A stretch of DNA of 63,024 nucleotides, counting the filler, from Stramenopiles sp. TOSAG23-3 (lineage: Eukaryota), in the NCBI GenBank assembly GCA_900128585.1. It is 15 parts of 15 records of this genome, joined end to end, with 100 filler letters (N's around TTAATTAATTAA, not from the genome) between each part and the next. Parts side by side here need not be neighbours in the genome. Positions count along the whole stretch, not along the records: positions 21,120 to 25,236 come from LT643946.1; positions 25,337 to 29,451 come from LT643947.1; positions 29,552 to 33,651 come from LT643948.1; positions 33,752 to 37,851 come from LT643949.1; 11 more parts are not named here. One strand, 5' to 3'. The position numbers and the translations under genes are program-made. Below the pieces are notes generated by a model that saw only the letters and a program-made list of their open reading frames with translations, did no database searches and had not been told where the DNA came from. Below, one piece after another: positions 21,471 through 33,755 of the stretch (position 1 is its first letter; each line of letters opens with the position of its first letter).

Positions 21471-22778
21471 TCATTGGGACTTTTTGTCTTCCCCCTCATC
21501 CTCGCCACCTTCCATATCGTCGTCCGAATCTTCTTTGGTGTCGTGGAAAAAGAACCACACGGTCAGCACAACAAAAAATATTGCCCCACATGTGGCACTT
21601 AAACCGGCAATGCCTCCAGCTGTCAAGGCTGAAACCCCGGCAGTAGGTCCAACCATGTACGCCACGGCGAATAGGGAGTGTTCCATACCCATCAGTGTTC
21701 CTTGCATTTTTTTTGGTACGATGGAAGACGTCTTTGTTGTTATGCTTGTCCCCAGCGAGTACTGAAAGATAGCCAAGAACATCATGGCACCAATGAAGTA
21801 TTCTTGACCGGTTAATCCGATGGGCAGAATCGACGAGTAATTCAGAGCCTGGATCACGTATACTGCGCCCATGACTAAGATGCAATTCCTGACGACCACA
21901 GAAACATGCCCCCCGAGCATTGCTGTTACCGGTTTCAACAAAAACCCGTTGGCAAACCCCCCGAACGCAAACTGTGCAGACATGATCATTCCCATGCGTG
22001 CTTCATCAACTCCCAACTCTTTCAAAATCAGCGGTTGGGCACTTCGCGCCATCGAGTTGCCGATTGACGACACCAGTTTCACGAACAGGTAAAGCCATAC
22101 CAAGCTCAGTACTGACCATACGCCGCCGATCCAGGAAGAAGAAGCACCACTAGAATTTTGACTCTTCTTTTCCTTTTTGCTACTTTCCGGTTCAACTTCG
22201 GCTGCAGCATCGATGCTTTCTGGCAAAGCAAACACCAAAGCAACGCACAGCAGAGAACCATAGGTTGCATAGCGTGCCCCAATGGAATAGTCGCCGCTTT
22301 TCCCCAGCTGTCCGCCAAGGTACGGCCCCATGACGCCACCGATCGTGTATGAGGTTGTTAATCGGCCCATTGCCACGAGGCGCTCGCTCCCAGGTTTTGT
22401 CAGCTTGATTATTGCCGTTTGGGCACACAAGAACCCCGCCATAGCGATTCCAGGAACCCGGGAAAGGTATAGCATTTCAATAGAGTCCGTTATTGACAGA
22501 ATGTAGTAACACGTGGCACACGCAAGAAAGTTTATTGCAAGCCCTCTGCGGACACCAAACTTGTCCAGAAGGTAGCCAAACGCCAAACTCCCAAAACTTT
22601 GGGTTATCGAGAAGAACGACTTGAGGCGCCCGTAGGCTGCCGCAGATTCTGCGGCCGAATCAGAGCTAGAGGCATTGAGCAATTTGTCGACCAAAAACGG
22701 TTCCACAGGAGACTGCAGCTGATAGCACAGCGCGTACAAAACGACAAGGCCATAAACCAAGTATAAATCCAAATTCAT
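21471..22778 (-). CDS. Major facilitator superfamily transporter (SLC22A18/TetA-like)
   Basis: About 12 hydrophobic helices; MFS motif A GYLLDKFGVRR; LSRVPG; IGGVMGPYLGG. Confidence 0.88.
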   Translation of the reverse strand: MNLDLYLVYGLVVLYALCYQLQSPVEPFLVDKLLNASSSDSAAESAAAYGRLKSFFSITQSFGSLAFGYLLDKFGVRRGLAINFLACATCYYILSITDSIEMLYLSRVPGIAMAGFLCAQTAIIKLTKPGSERLVAMGRLTTSYTIGGVMGPYLGGQLGKSGDYSIGARYATYGSLLCVALVFALPESIDAAAEVEPESSKKEKKSQNSSGASSSWIGGVWSVLSLVWLYLFVKLVSSIGNSMARSAQPLILKELGVDEARMGMIMSAQFAFGGFANGFLLKPVTAMLGGHVSVVVRNCILVMGAVYVIQALNYSSILPIGLTGQEYFIGAMMFLAIFQYSLGTSITTKTSSIVPKKMQGTLMGMEHSLFAVAYMVGPTAGVSALTAGGIAGLSATCGAIFFVVLTVWFFFHDTKEDSDDDMEGGEDEGEDKKSQ

Positions 22779-23338
22779 GATGAAAACTTCTTTCTCTTTA
22801 ATTGTAACGTAGTAAACGTGATAATATTCGACTCTTTCTTTGCAACATACACTGGTCGTTTAATGCAATGTTGTTTTCTTTGAAATTCGTACGTATTTAT
22901 AATTCATTCCTAACAACTCTTGTGATATTTACGAGTCTCCTCAACAACAATTTTCTCATTTTTTTCTCATTTATTATAATACACGAACTTATAAATTTTA
23001 TTATAATAATGAATATAAATAACAACAACAAAAAAAAAAAGAAGATTATAGAAGAAAGAAAAAAATTAAATTATGTGTGGTGGGTGGTGGCTAATACATA
23101 ATACTATACTACTATACTGTACATTATAATAAAAAAAACTAATATACCTCGTTTGATACTACTCTAGTCTATTAAGCCATTTAAACTACTCGTACTGTTA
23201 CGAGGACGCGCCTCGTATCTCTCACGTGGTGATGATGAAAAAAGAAAATTGGTTACTATATTTTTTTTCCAGCAGCAGCTTTAGTTGGTATTTGCTTTGT
23301 ACACCATTTTGATCAACTCTTCCACTTCTCTCTTCTTC

Positions 23339-25024
23339 TTAGCTTTTTTTAACCTTTCCGTCGTTGCTTGCTGGGCCACGACTCCAGCGAATGTCTTGCC
23401 GGTGGCATTTCCAAACTACGAAAGCATTGAGAACAATGCAAAACAGGCCTACAAAAATGTGCAAGACGGCCGTGCCAATTTCATGAAATCTCTCCGGGAT
23501 CTTTAGTGTAAGGGCAACCATTTTTTTGTCGTGGTAGACGAACCTAAGCGACAATTGGGTGATAAAAAATGACACCAGAAAGCTAAAGAGAGCGTATTTT
23601 GATGGAAATATGTGACTGAGCTGAAAATTTTCAACTCCATTCCGACGAAAGTACGGTTTTATGTACATGAAAAGACAAACCGTACACCTGCATAACATTT
23701 TCACGATGTTTGCAAGGATTAGACCGGCTGGCCCGAACCGTATCAAAATCGCAACAGACCCAAGAAATGCGACTGAAAACCCAAAAGTCCACCAATTGTA
23801 CCTTTTCAACCCCGCCTCATCTTCTACGCCATGCACAAAGGCCTCGGCAACGCCGTTAATGGACATTGTCAGCACATACACCGCATACAAAGCGAGCAGC
23901 AACGGTGCGCTGGAGTCGCTCCATGTAGGACCATACAATAGGTGCAGAAGAAGGTGGGAATACGCAGGCGCAAACGAGGCCAGCAGGCTGCCACCGAGTG
24001 TCATTGCAAGCACTAGCGACTTGATGGTCGACAGCAGTGCTGCGACAGTATCTTTTTTTAAAGTTTCACCTTCTTGGCCGTCGTCCGTCATCAAGTTGGA
24101 AAGTTTGCAGAACGCCGCCAAGGACATTTCTTCCACGGGTTGCAGGAGCAGCCGTGCCACAATCGACCCCAGGTTCGAAACTAGCACGTATTCCCCAGCA
24201 TCTTGGGAAGAGCCTAAAAACACCAAAGCCACCTTCTCACCGTTTTCCAAGAACCATTTTTGAATAGACTGCGCCCAAAAAATAACCGCTGCTGAATATA
24301 TCTCAGGCTTCCACCACTTCGCCCCGCCCGGTAGCTGCTGTGGCAGCAGTGAAACTCTTGATTCTACTTCTTTGCCACTTCCTTCCCTCCCCGGCTGGTC
24401 CCGGAAGAACCAGACGGAATACCCGAGCATCATTGTCATGGCGTACGCTACGTTGCCGATAGCGAATGCATCGACGCCCCATCCACCTATAACAACTGTT
24501 AATACTGTCGTCACGAAACACTTCATAAATACGGCGCTTGTTTCCGTGCGGGCCCTCAGAGTCTGCAGCATTTGACTCGACGATAGCACAAACATTGGCT
24601 CCGTAAGGAACGAAAGGACAAGGGCAAATAGCGTGTAGTATATTCCGTGCCTGTACCTTGCACCTTCTTCAGCACCGCGGGCTTCTTCCGGCGGGGATTG
24701 CATCAAAGTGAACGCAATTGCGGCACTAAGCACAAGGCCAAACGGCACGGTTAGCCAGCAGAGATTGACTAGGGACTGCTTGTCTGCCGCCGTGCTTCCG
24801 CGGTACGCCACCTTGCGAAGCCCCGTGTTTGTAATCAAAAGCGGGCCTAAGAATAAGACTTCGTCCAACCGCAACGTTCCAACCCCAAGAGCAGCTCGAC
24901 CAACCGTCCGCGCAACAACAACATTCGAGGCAAAAGTTAAAAATCGTGCCAAGAGCGAGGCAGAGACCAGCGCGGTTGCACCTTCCGACGCCGACGACAG
25001 AATTTTACTTGCAGAATTTGGCAT
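23339..25024 (-). CDS. RFT1: RFT1 (Man5GlcNAc2-PP-dolichol translocation-associated protein)
   Basis: ARFLTFASN, QSIQKWFLENGEK, YVLVSNLGSIVARLLLQPVEE, MSINGVAEAF, GLILANIVKMLCR. First ATG is 25024. Confidence 0.92.
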   Translation of the reverse strand: MPNSASKILSSASEGATALVSASLLARFLTFASNVVVARTVGRAALGVGTLRLDEVLFLGPLLITNTGLRKVAYRGSTAADKQSLVNLCWLTVPFGLVLSAAIAFTLMQSPPEEARGAEEGARYRHGIYYTLFALVLSFLTEPMFVLSSSQMLQTLRARTETSAVFMKCFVTTVLTVVIGGWGVDAFAIGNVAYAMTMMLGYSVWFFRDQPGREGSGKEVESRVSLLPQQLPGGAKWWKPEIYSAAVIFWAQSIQKWFLENGEKVALVFLGSSQDAGEYVLVSNLGSIVARLLLQPVEEMSLAAFCKLSNLMTDDGQEGETLKKDTVAALLSTIKSLVLAMTLGGSLLASFAPAYSHLLLHLLYGPTWSDSSAPLLLALYAVYVLTMSINGVAEAFVHGVEDEAGLKRYNWWTFGFSVAFLGSVAILIRFGPAGLILANIVKMLCRCTVCLFMYIKPYFRRNGVENFQLSHIFPSKYALFSFLVSFFITQLSLRFVYHDKKMVALTLKIPERFHEIGTAVLHIFVGLFCIVLNAFVVWKCHRQDIRWSRGPASNDGKVKKS

Positions 25025-25657
25025 CGTCCTCGTGGCACGCTCTCTGCAACGCCTTCCCCTTTCAAATCCGCCCACAACGACCAACCCTTGAATTCCTTCT
25101 GCGACTGAAGCACACTTCACTCAGCGGTCAACCGATCGTTCGATGAGTGATACCTTTCTTGTACTAACGAGAGATGCATATATAAAAATATAAGGTTCCA
25201 ATCCTTTCACCTTTTGATCTTTTACTTACTCTTTTANNNNNNNNNNNNNNNNNNNNNNNNNNNNNNNNNNNNNNNNNNNNTTAATTAATTAANNNNNNNN
25301 NNNNNNNNNNNNNNNNNNNNNNNNNNNNNNNNNNNNGTAGATAGCATGGCTTTCCAATATTACATGGTCTACTTTAATTTTCACTATACCGGTTTATATA
25401 GGTCATTATTACAAATACAAACAAACATTGAATTTTATTTGTTGTCTATGATGAACATAAATTAGTTATTTTGGATGAAGACAACAGTTGTTTGTAAATA
25501 TTATATATTTTTGTATCATATCATAGACGACTACTATTGTGAAAACAAAAAATTTGGCTGTTATCGTAAATATTGCATTTTGGATTTTTTTACGAAGTAG
25601 AAAATACAAAGTGCAGAAGAAATAATTTAGATTTGAATTCTTACGGGTAAGAATTTA

Positions 25658-26214
25658 TCACATGGTAGACCCTAGTCCAGAAGAACCTGAACTTCCGCCC
25701 CCACCCTTCTTCCCCCCATTCACTTTCCAAAAACGGTTAAAGTTCAAGTTAGAGTCAGATTTCTTCTTCTTTCGACGAGCACCGCGGCGGGAAGCAATGC
25801 CCTTGGCCAAACGACCTGTACCCGATCCGCTCCCGGACAAACCCCAGCCATTCAACGATGAGTTCCTGGCGCGGCTAGAAGACATAGGGCGCCGCTCCCT
25901 GCCTGAACTTCCAGAGCCACTGCCTATACCACTGCGCATTCCATTCTTTTGGCGAACCTCTAAGCGCCCAAGTGCAGTCCGTGGGCGATAGCTATTCTTG
26001 GCCCCTCCGCCGCCACTTCCCCACTTTTTGTTACTGCCCGAGTTTCCATACCCGGAGTTGTTGCGCCGCCGTGACGAGACCTTGGGCGTCCCTTGCCGCT
26101 GATGGCGCTGCTGCATTCCTAGGTTCAGGTTTGATAGCATGTTCCGAGTTCCTGTGGTGTTCTGATATTGAAAGCTTTGCTTCTGGGCCTGGGCCTGCTG
26201 TTGTTGCATTAAAA

Positions 26215-26267
<53 letters not shown>

Positions 26268-27250
26268 ATCAAAAGTTGTTGCTGCTGCTGTTGCAGCTGC
26301 TGCTGTTGCTGTCGCTGCTGCTGTCGCTGCTGCTGCTGCCTGTTGCTCAATGCGTACGGGCTGTTGTTTCCCCCCTGCTGCTCGCCCCGACGAGGGCGGC
26401 GCCGCACGAGTGGTGTGCCTTGCCGTCTAACCTGGGGCAACTGCCGTTGGCGCTGTTGCTGGGCCTCGATCTGCTGCGACCTCAGGTGGAAGCCTTTTTG
26501 AAGGCCTTGCGATCGTGGTGCCGCTTGCATGATCATGCGCTGCTGCTGGAGCAGTTGCGCCTTTCGAATGTTTGCAAGAACGTTCGCGTACTGCTCGGGG
26601 TCCGCCTCCATCAATCTAATACTAACGTTGTCCATCATTGCTGCTGCGCGGTGTCGCCGCAGCATCTCCTCTTGCCTCGCCTCAAGGTCTATTACTGTCT
26701 TCTGGATACCTGCCAGCTGGAGTCGCCTGAGCCTCACGGAAGGCGGCAGCCAAAATTCTAATGGTGTGAGGGCGCGCCCGTGCTGACCCCTCTCTTTCTC
26801 TTCGTACTCGTCTATTGCAAGCTCTTCCTCGTTCTTCAAAATATTCCCAAGCCCTATGCTGGGCCCTGCGCTCGAAACGGAACCCCCAATGTCGGAACTA
26901 TATTCACGAACCGTTATGTTTCCGAATGAAATCCCTCGCCTGGGGCCTTTTCCCTGCTTCGCGCTCGCGGTTTTTCCTGGCGCGCTTGCCTTTGCGCGTG
27001 CTCCAGCCGTGCCGGAGTTTGTCATTTGATCAACGCTACTGGTGCGCTTCATGATACCACCACCAGACCGGGCGGTACCGTTTCCTGTGCTACTGGCGCT
27101 GGCGCTGGCGCTGGCGTTACCGTAAAAGTTCGTACTGGTCAAGGCACCTTGCTGTCCATCGTTTGCCGATGCGGCCTTGTTTGCAGCAGCGATCAAGTTG
27201 GCATCACTCTTCCGCTTAAGAATTTTCGAGAACATGTTCAAGGGATGCAC
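25658..27250 (-). CDS. Low-complexity polyQ protein with CSRNP-like/RVxF motif
   Basis: RGISFGNITVREYSSDIGGSVSSAGPSIGLG..IDEYE motif; long Gln tract; Gly/Ser/Arg-rich tail. Confidence 0.65.
26217..26340. repeat. (CAG)n coding trinucleotide repeat (polyQ)
   Basis: (GCT)n runs on the + strand within the 25658-27250 ORF. Confidence 0.95.
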
Positions 27251-28483
27251 AGGCCAGGATTGAAATCTGAAATAGTTTCACTACGACCGCCGCAACGTTC
27301 CTTGCCCAAGACCAGCTCACCCGCAAATACGTCCTTGGGCAGCCCACAATATTCGGTCCCTTCGTTTCTACCCCCTGGATAAAATGAATATATTCTATAC
27401 CGTGAAACCGGTCAAATGTGTACACGTATATCTATATGAACAGGCGACACGATCCAAGCAAACCTTTTCAATGTTCTTTTGAACTAAATCCAATCTCATT
27501 CTTTTCTTTCTTGTTTCATTTCCTTTACATAGATAACTAAAAGCGCCCATGATCCATGATGCCCCTTCTTGTTTGTCTTGCTCCTCCTCATCTCTTCTTC
27601 TTATCATCTTCTCCTTTATTAGAGAAATTAGAAACAAATTGAAAGAATATATTTCTTCTTATAGGTATATTATAGTATTAGAGTACTAAATAAAAGTACA
27701 AAATAAAGAAAAAGAGGAGATTTAAAAATTATTACCCAACGTCTCTGTGTTGTTTGTTGGGCCGTTTCGGCGGAGTTACTATTAGGGTTAATATGCTTAG
27801 TTGAAATAATCGAAAATAAAAGAAGGGAGGAAAAAAATGCATAGTCTAGTTATAAATAATAAGTATACAGCGTACAACTCATAGTCTAGTTTATAAAATC
27901 CTATGAAAAAATCATTAAAAAGAATTATTAATAATAACTATTTGAATAATACGAAGGTATAGAATTAAAATAATGAATCTATTACCTATTCAAAAGTAAT
28001 GACACTACCTATATAATACCTATAAGTACGTCCTCGTAGTCATCTATTTGTATTTTATTAGGAGGATTAGATGACTAGACTATTAAAGGGTATAGCCGTT
28101 TTCAGGTTTCAGTTATAATTTATTAAGAAGAAGATATGATGAGAATACTTCTTTGGTATGACGACATGAAGAAGAAGAGAGATATATGTGAGTGATTTAT
28201 TTTTTTCCACCATTTTTTTATTAATAATTATGCGACGGACGGTGCGGTACATTATTATTACATACCTTGGTATTATTGTATTTTGGCATTTATAATATCT
28301 CTCTTTGGAATCATACCTCCTACACTTATCAACAACTATTGCACTTGGAAAGTTTGTGTAGCGCGCTGCATACTTATTTTTGTACGATCTTATCGTTGAC
28401 GAGTAATACTACCGCATCTCGTCGTTGTTTTTTGGACTGGGGGGGGCGGTAATCGTGGCAAACGGTATGCTGAAACTGATTGT

Positions 28484-29451
28484 ATGATTGAGTGGGACTC
28501 TATCGCCGCCACGCTGGAAAGGGGGGAACGAAAAGCGCGGAGAAAGAATTCTTCGCCCCCACGAGCCCCAGACACGAAAAAACAGGCGAAGACGTCTCCG
28601 TACTTGGTTCCCTTGTGGAAAGCGGAAAAGGTAAAACGTAAAGGAAAGGGGGGCAAACAGTTGAGCAAAAAGGCGCGAAAGTACTTGAGAAAACTGCGGC
28701 CTCCAGACTACCTTCGCAAAATTCCATTTGAGTACGATAGAATCGGCAGGCCCACCAAAAGGGTAAGCCTGCTAAAGGACGAGACGGCCAGAAACCATTA
28801 CAATGTATATACGTCCGAGTACAACTTTGCTTTTAACTCTTCTTGCGTTTTTGAAGTGGGAATTCCAGGGAGACAGTTCAAGTTTTATGGGATCGCATTC
28901 GACTTTTATCAAATGAAGCATCACCTTCTTCACGATTTGCTGCCAAATGGCGACGCCCCATGCAAGATCCAAAACATGTTCCGGGACGTTGGGCATGATC
29001 TGGATAGGCTTGTCATCCAGGAACTTCAAGTATGCACCCCATTCATTGTGAAGCAACACCGTGGGAAAGTGCCGATGCCATTTGATCAATTCGTGGTTGC
29101 ATTAAAACATAGACGAAATGGCTGGGCGCTTAGACATGTTCTGTGGCTGGTACGAGATATACGAATTTTAGAAATGTGGATGGGACGGTGGAAGGCTCAG
29201 CACACTTTGGCACAAGAAGCATACATGAGAAGGTTGAACGCCGCTGCCCTTAAGATACAGCTGGCGTGGCGAAAGAAGAATGGGCAAATGGTTTTGCACA
29301 TGAAACGGCGGATAAAAGCGGAGCACGAGGAAATGGAACGTGCCGCGATTATGATACAGAATGCTTGGCGCCGGCGCGATGCCAAAAAGATGGTTTCCAA
29401 CATGAAAAAGAGAATGATGGAAGAGGAAGCGGAAATGGAAGCTGCCGCGCT
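28484..29451 (+). CDS. IQ-motif (calmodulin-binding) protein, 3'-truncated
   Basis: AALKIQLAWRKK and AAIMIQNAWRRR, with a third EAAA.. unit cut by the contig end. Confidence 0.75.
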
Positions 29452-29551
29452 NNNNNNNNNNNNNNNNNNNNNNNNNNNNNNNNNNNNNNNNNNNNTTAAT
29501 TAATTAANNNNNNNNNNNNNNNNNNNNNNNNNNNNNNNNNNNNNNNNNNNN

Positions 29552-30841
29552 ACGTCTATATATGCGATGGACACGCTCTTCCTCTTTCTCCAGGAAAGAC
29601 TTTTCTTCATCAGAAATTTTCGTGCCACTGCCCAGGCTTCTATTGGACGCCAGGGGACTGCCGTTCTTCGGCGGCACGATGCTGAGCCGAATCTGTGCCC
29701 TCGGCGAAGAGCTGCAGACTGGAGGCGCCCCAAACCTAGTCTTGTACTTCAGCAAAGCCTGCAGCTCGTCGATCCCAATCCTCCCCGTCCCTTTCCTATC
29801 TAAGTGGGAAAAAAAATCGTTGATCTCCTCCGTCGTTGTTTCTATCCCAAAGTTGTACAGCCCTTTCTGTACGTCTCGCTTCGACACGAGGCCGTCGCGG
29901 TTGCCGTCCCAGAGGGCAAAAAGGCCGGTCAGCGTGAGGGCACGCCGTCTCATGTGCGATCGGAGCGAGGACAACAGCGACCGTACGTTGCCCTTCACCT
30001 CCTTGTACTTGTGCGGGCTCATCAAGTCGGTCAGAGATATACCATCTACGCCCGAAGCCTTAGCCCTTTTCTTCCCGCCACTTCCCCCCTTCAAGGCACT
30101 CCCCCCCGGCGAAGGGCTCGCCGCACCCCCTCGAGCCTTCTTTGGCGTCCGCAACGGCTTGCTGGCGGAAAGGGTGGAGGAGATGTAATGTCTATTTTTC
30201 GGACTATCCAGTCCGGTCATTTTCGGAAAATTGGTTCGTGCAGGCTTCGACAGCCCCTTTCCGCCGTCCCGCTGCAAGCCTCGCAGTTGTTCCCTCACGG
30301 ACGGTTTTCCCCCACGAGCGAAGTTGTCTATGTTGCTGCTGCTGCTGCTGGTAGTGCTCGGATCGTGCGTGGAATGGCGCAAGTGACTGCTTCCCGGCGA
30401 ACTGTGACTTGCCCGCAGCCGCTGCTGAACACGCGAGCGCTGGTCGAGCAGCGAGATGGCGTCTTTCGTCTGGCTCGGCGTCAACGGCATCATGCTCTCT
30501 ATCATACTTGTGAACTCCACAAACGACGGAGACTTGGGCGACGATGTGAATGCCTGGTACAGCGCTTCCGCCTTTTTCTTCCACTGGTCTTCCGAGGGGG
30601 CGCGCCTCTCCAGCTCAACAATTAGTTTCGGTATCGACTTTATTGCAGTTGGCGTCTTCTCCAAAGGCTCCCCCGTGTACGACCCTTTCTCCTGCAGCTC
30701 TGCAACTGCCTGCCGTATTCGCTCTAATTCTGGGTCCTTGTCTACGTTGTACTCTACGACGTGCCCACCATGATTACTACCCCCGCTTCGCCCCCCGCTC
30801 TTCAGGCCCATCCCAAGGGATGAACTGAGCAGGGACGCCAT
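29552..30841 (-). CDS. EF-hand protein, 3'-truncated
   Basis: Paired EF loops DGNRDGLVSKRD and DRKGTGRIGIDE after a Ser/Pro-rich disordered region. Confidence 0.75.
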
Positions 30842-32120
30842 TTTCCCAAACGCAATCGACCCACCCCTCCGGTCGACTCACTCAATATAAGGTGTGTCGT
30901 CGTCGTGTGTAAAACCGCCACAACCTTGTAAAGGAAAGGAGAACGAACGACTATCTTGGATTTAAATTACAAGAGAATTTAAAACAGCGAAGAGTCTGTA
31001 AATTGCTTTTAAAACTTCATTTTTTATTTATACTCACGTCGCTGAATATGCCCCAATGCGTAAATTACTCCACCATAAAAAAATTCCAATATTATAATAA
31101 TTATTATTATTAATAATAATTAAAATTGTTGTTGTAAGAATATAGTCTAATAAAAAATATAATAATTAATATAAGTATTATTATATAGTATTGTAGACAC
31201 TAATAACTTAAAATAATTTTTATTATTATTATTTTTTTAATACAGTAAAAAAATAAAAAAAAATTATTATTTTAATTATTTTATTTGGTTGTGTTGTATT
31301 AATACGTATTTTTTTATCGCTCTTTTAATTACTATTATACTCCTCCTGTACTACTCGTGTATTAAATATTTTATACAGTGTACTCTATTACAATACTAGT
31401 CTAATTATTTATTTAAAAAACAAACGTCTTCTTTTTTCTTCTTCTTCTATCTCCTTTTCTTCTTCTTCTTTCTCTTTCTCTTTCTACGGTTTGGTGGATT
31501 TGGTTATTTAATTATTACTCGTACGTACTCATACCGGTACCGTAGTTTATTAGAGTGAAAGTACGCTGAAGGCGCTTTACTTGTCCTCGTACATTAGTAC
31601 TATTATACATTATATGTACGACGCATAAGTTGGGAATAAACCCTAATCATAACTACAGACGGGAAATTAACTTCTTGTCCTCGTACTACTGGTATAATAG
31701 TACCGTACCAGGTACACTAAAATACCAACTCAGTACCTGTAGGTACTGGTATAGCAGCTTCTATCTCCTCGTACACCATAGAAATCGAAAGTAAAAAAGA
31801 AGAAGGGTATTTTGTAAACCCGTTTTTCTTCTTGATTGATGATAGATACCGTACCGTAATTCCTTTTGCTGTGATTATGCTGCTGCCACCGGCGGAGGAG
31901 AGGAGGGGAGAGACTTTATTCTTTGGTTGAAATTCAACATACAATTCAATTTAAAACAATGGTTTTGAATGAGACAGTGCAAACTGATGGGGTCTCTCAC
32001 TCTGACTATGAAAACAAGAACATGGATACGCTGCAAGCTCAGTAGTGTACCTAACTGTAAAAGAGAGAAAGAAACGCGGAGGACAGGGATTCAAACGATT
32101 GATGAACTTTCTTGTCGAAA

Positions 32121-33452
32121 ATGTCAGGGAACCGTGGACGTCGTCACTGCCTCTCGTTGGCAGCGAAGTGCTGTGCAAAGTGTCGTTACGTTGCAATGGT
32201 GGTATTCCTCTTAGGTTTTTTCATGGTTAAGAAGTTTTTTCTTGGTCATTTTCGTCCTGCTGCAATGAGGTATGGGCCAGCCGGGAGTCTTCATTCTGAC
32301 TCGAAAATGGTCTCGTTGAGATCTCGGTTGGCAAACTACACGCAACGGAGAAGTGCTGCTGTTGAAAAGTATCCTTTTCGAAAAGTAACCAACCCAGACC
32401 TAGCCGGTCTTTACACCGACGAAATGGCCATTGTATATTCCTGGGCGAACGGAAGCTCCCCAAAATACATAGATTTAAAATTAAAAGCGTGCAGAAGAAC
32501 GTACGGCGCGTCGGCACTCAAATGCAAGAAAGACTGGAGGCTGGAGCGCAGTAGAGACAGCGGGGAAATACTGTTTTCACTGCGCTCCATTGGTAAAAAT
32601 ATGCCATGGTTTAATGGAAATGTATACATAGTTACGGCCACGGGGGAGGGACCGGAGGGTTTGGATTACTCTAACCCAAAGCTGCACCTAGTGCACCAAA
32701 AAAACGTAATGCCACCGGAGAACGTGCCGTCCTTCTGCAACGATTGTCAAGAATATTATTTCAACAACATCCCAGAATTGAAGGATCGGTTCATCGTAAT
32801 GGACGACGACATGTTTATCGGCAGGCTAGCACCACCGGGGGTGTTCCTTAGCCAGTTCGGCGGTCCAGTCCTGTACGTTGAGAAAGAGCTCGTAAAGGAC
32901 GGTGGCATATGCCCATGCATCGAAGGCCACGTATGGAGGTGCAGCGTGTGCAAAACAATGAAAATGTTTGAGGATTTTTTCGGCCCAGGAGCGGCCCCCT
33001 TCCACTACATGAAGCATTCTCCTCGGGTCTATTCTAGGCAGGTGATAGATTACATTCATTCCATACCAACGTTCGACTACAACATCAGGAAACGGGGCTG
33101 CATTCATCCGTTCCGCTCCGTCGAATTAGTGCAATTCGACTTTCTGCACCACCATGTCTTGATGCAAACCGCTCTTCACGATTTTTCCGTCGCAAAAGGG
33201 TGGAGTGACGATATGAACCTTGTGTTGCTAGAGGGTAAGGACTTGGGCGCTTGGCAAAAACTGACGCAAGAATGGGCAGGTGGGAAATCCACACCTCTGT
33301 TTTTTGCAATTAACGATGAAGGATGGGACAACTGTGCCGTTGGCGACGTTTTATTGGAGTTTTTGAAACGGCTCTACCCAATTCCAAGTCGATTCGAAAA
33401 AGGCAGTGCAGTGAACCATATAAAACTAAGCAATTGTAGATATAACAAGTAG
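32121..33452 (+). CDS. Stealth-family hexose-1-phosphate transferase (GNPTAB/CpsY-like), type II membrane protein
   Basis: CR1 IVYSWANGS; CR2 RDSGEILFSLRSI.KNMPWFNGNVYIVT..IPEL.DRFIVMDDDMF; CR3 KHSPR; CR4 FFAIND..FLKRLYPIPSRFE; N-terminal TM helix. Confidence 0.88.
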   Translation: MSGNRGRRHCLSLAAKCCAKCRYVAMVVFLLGFFMVKKFFLGHFRPAAMRYGPAGSLHSDSKMVSLRSRLANYTQRRSAAVEKYPFRKVTNPDLAGLYTDEMAIVYSWANGSSPKYIDLKLKACRRTYGASALKCKKDWRLERSRDSGEILFSLRSIGKNMPWFNGNVYIVTATGEGPEGLDYSNPKLHLVHQKNVMPPENVPSFCNDCQEYYFNNIPELKDRFIVMDDDMFIGRLAPPGVFLSQFGGPVLYVEKELVKDGGICPCIEGHVWRCSVCKTMKMFEDFFGPGAAPFHYMKHSPRVYSRQVIDYIHSIPTFDYNIRKRGCIHPFRSVELVQFDFLHHHVLMQTALHDFSVAKGWSDDMNLVLLEGKDLGAWQKLTQEWAGGKSTPLFFAINDEGWDNCAVGDVLLEFLKRLYPIPSRFEKGSAVNHIKLSNCRYNK

Positions 33453-33755
33453 TCAAGAACCAGTACTTCGTTACCGGCACCGGCGGTTACAACAATTTTA
33501 CATAGGAATTTAAAGTATACTTAAAAGTATACTTAGTATAATAATAGAAGTTTTCGTTGTTTTATAACGGTACAGTGGCACGAAAATTTCTGATGAAGAA
33601 AAGTCTTTCCTGGAGAAAGAGGAAGAGCGTGTCCATCGCATATATAGACGTNNNNNNNNNNNNNNNNNNNNNNNNNNNNNNNNNNNNNNNNNNNNTTAAT
33701 TAATTAANNNNNNNNNNNNNNNNNNNNNNNNNNNNNNNNNNNNNNNNNNNNTCAA

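Noticed and set aside
31638-31646. AAACCCTAA telo-box/telomere-like word (also TTAGGGTT at ~27782)
   Set aside because: Single copies, no array; expected by chance in AT-rich DNA.
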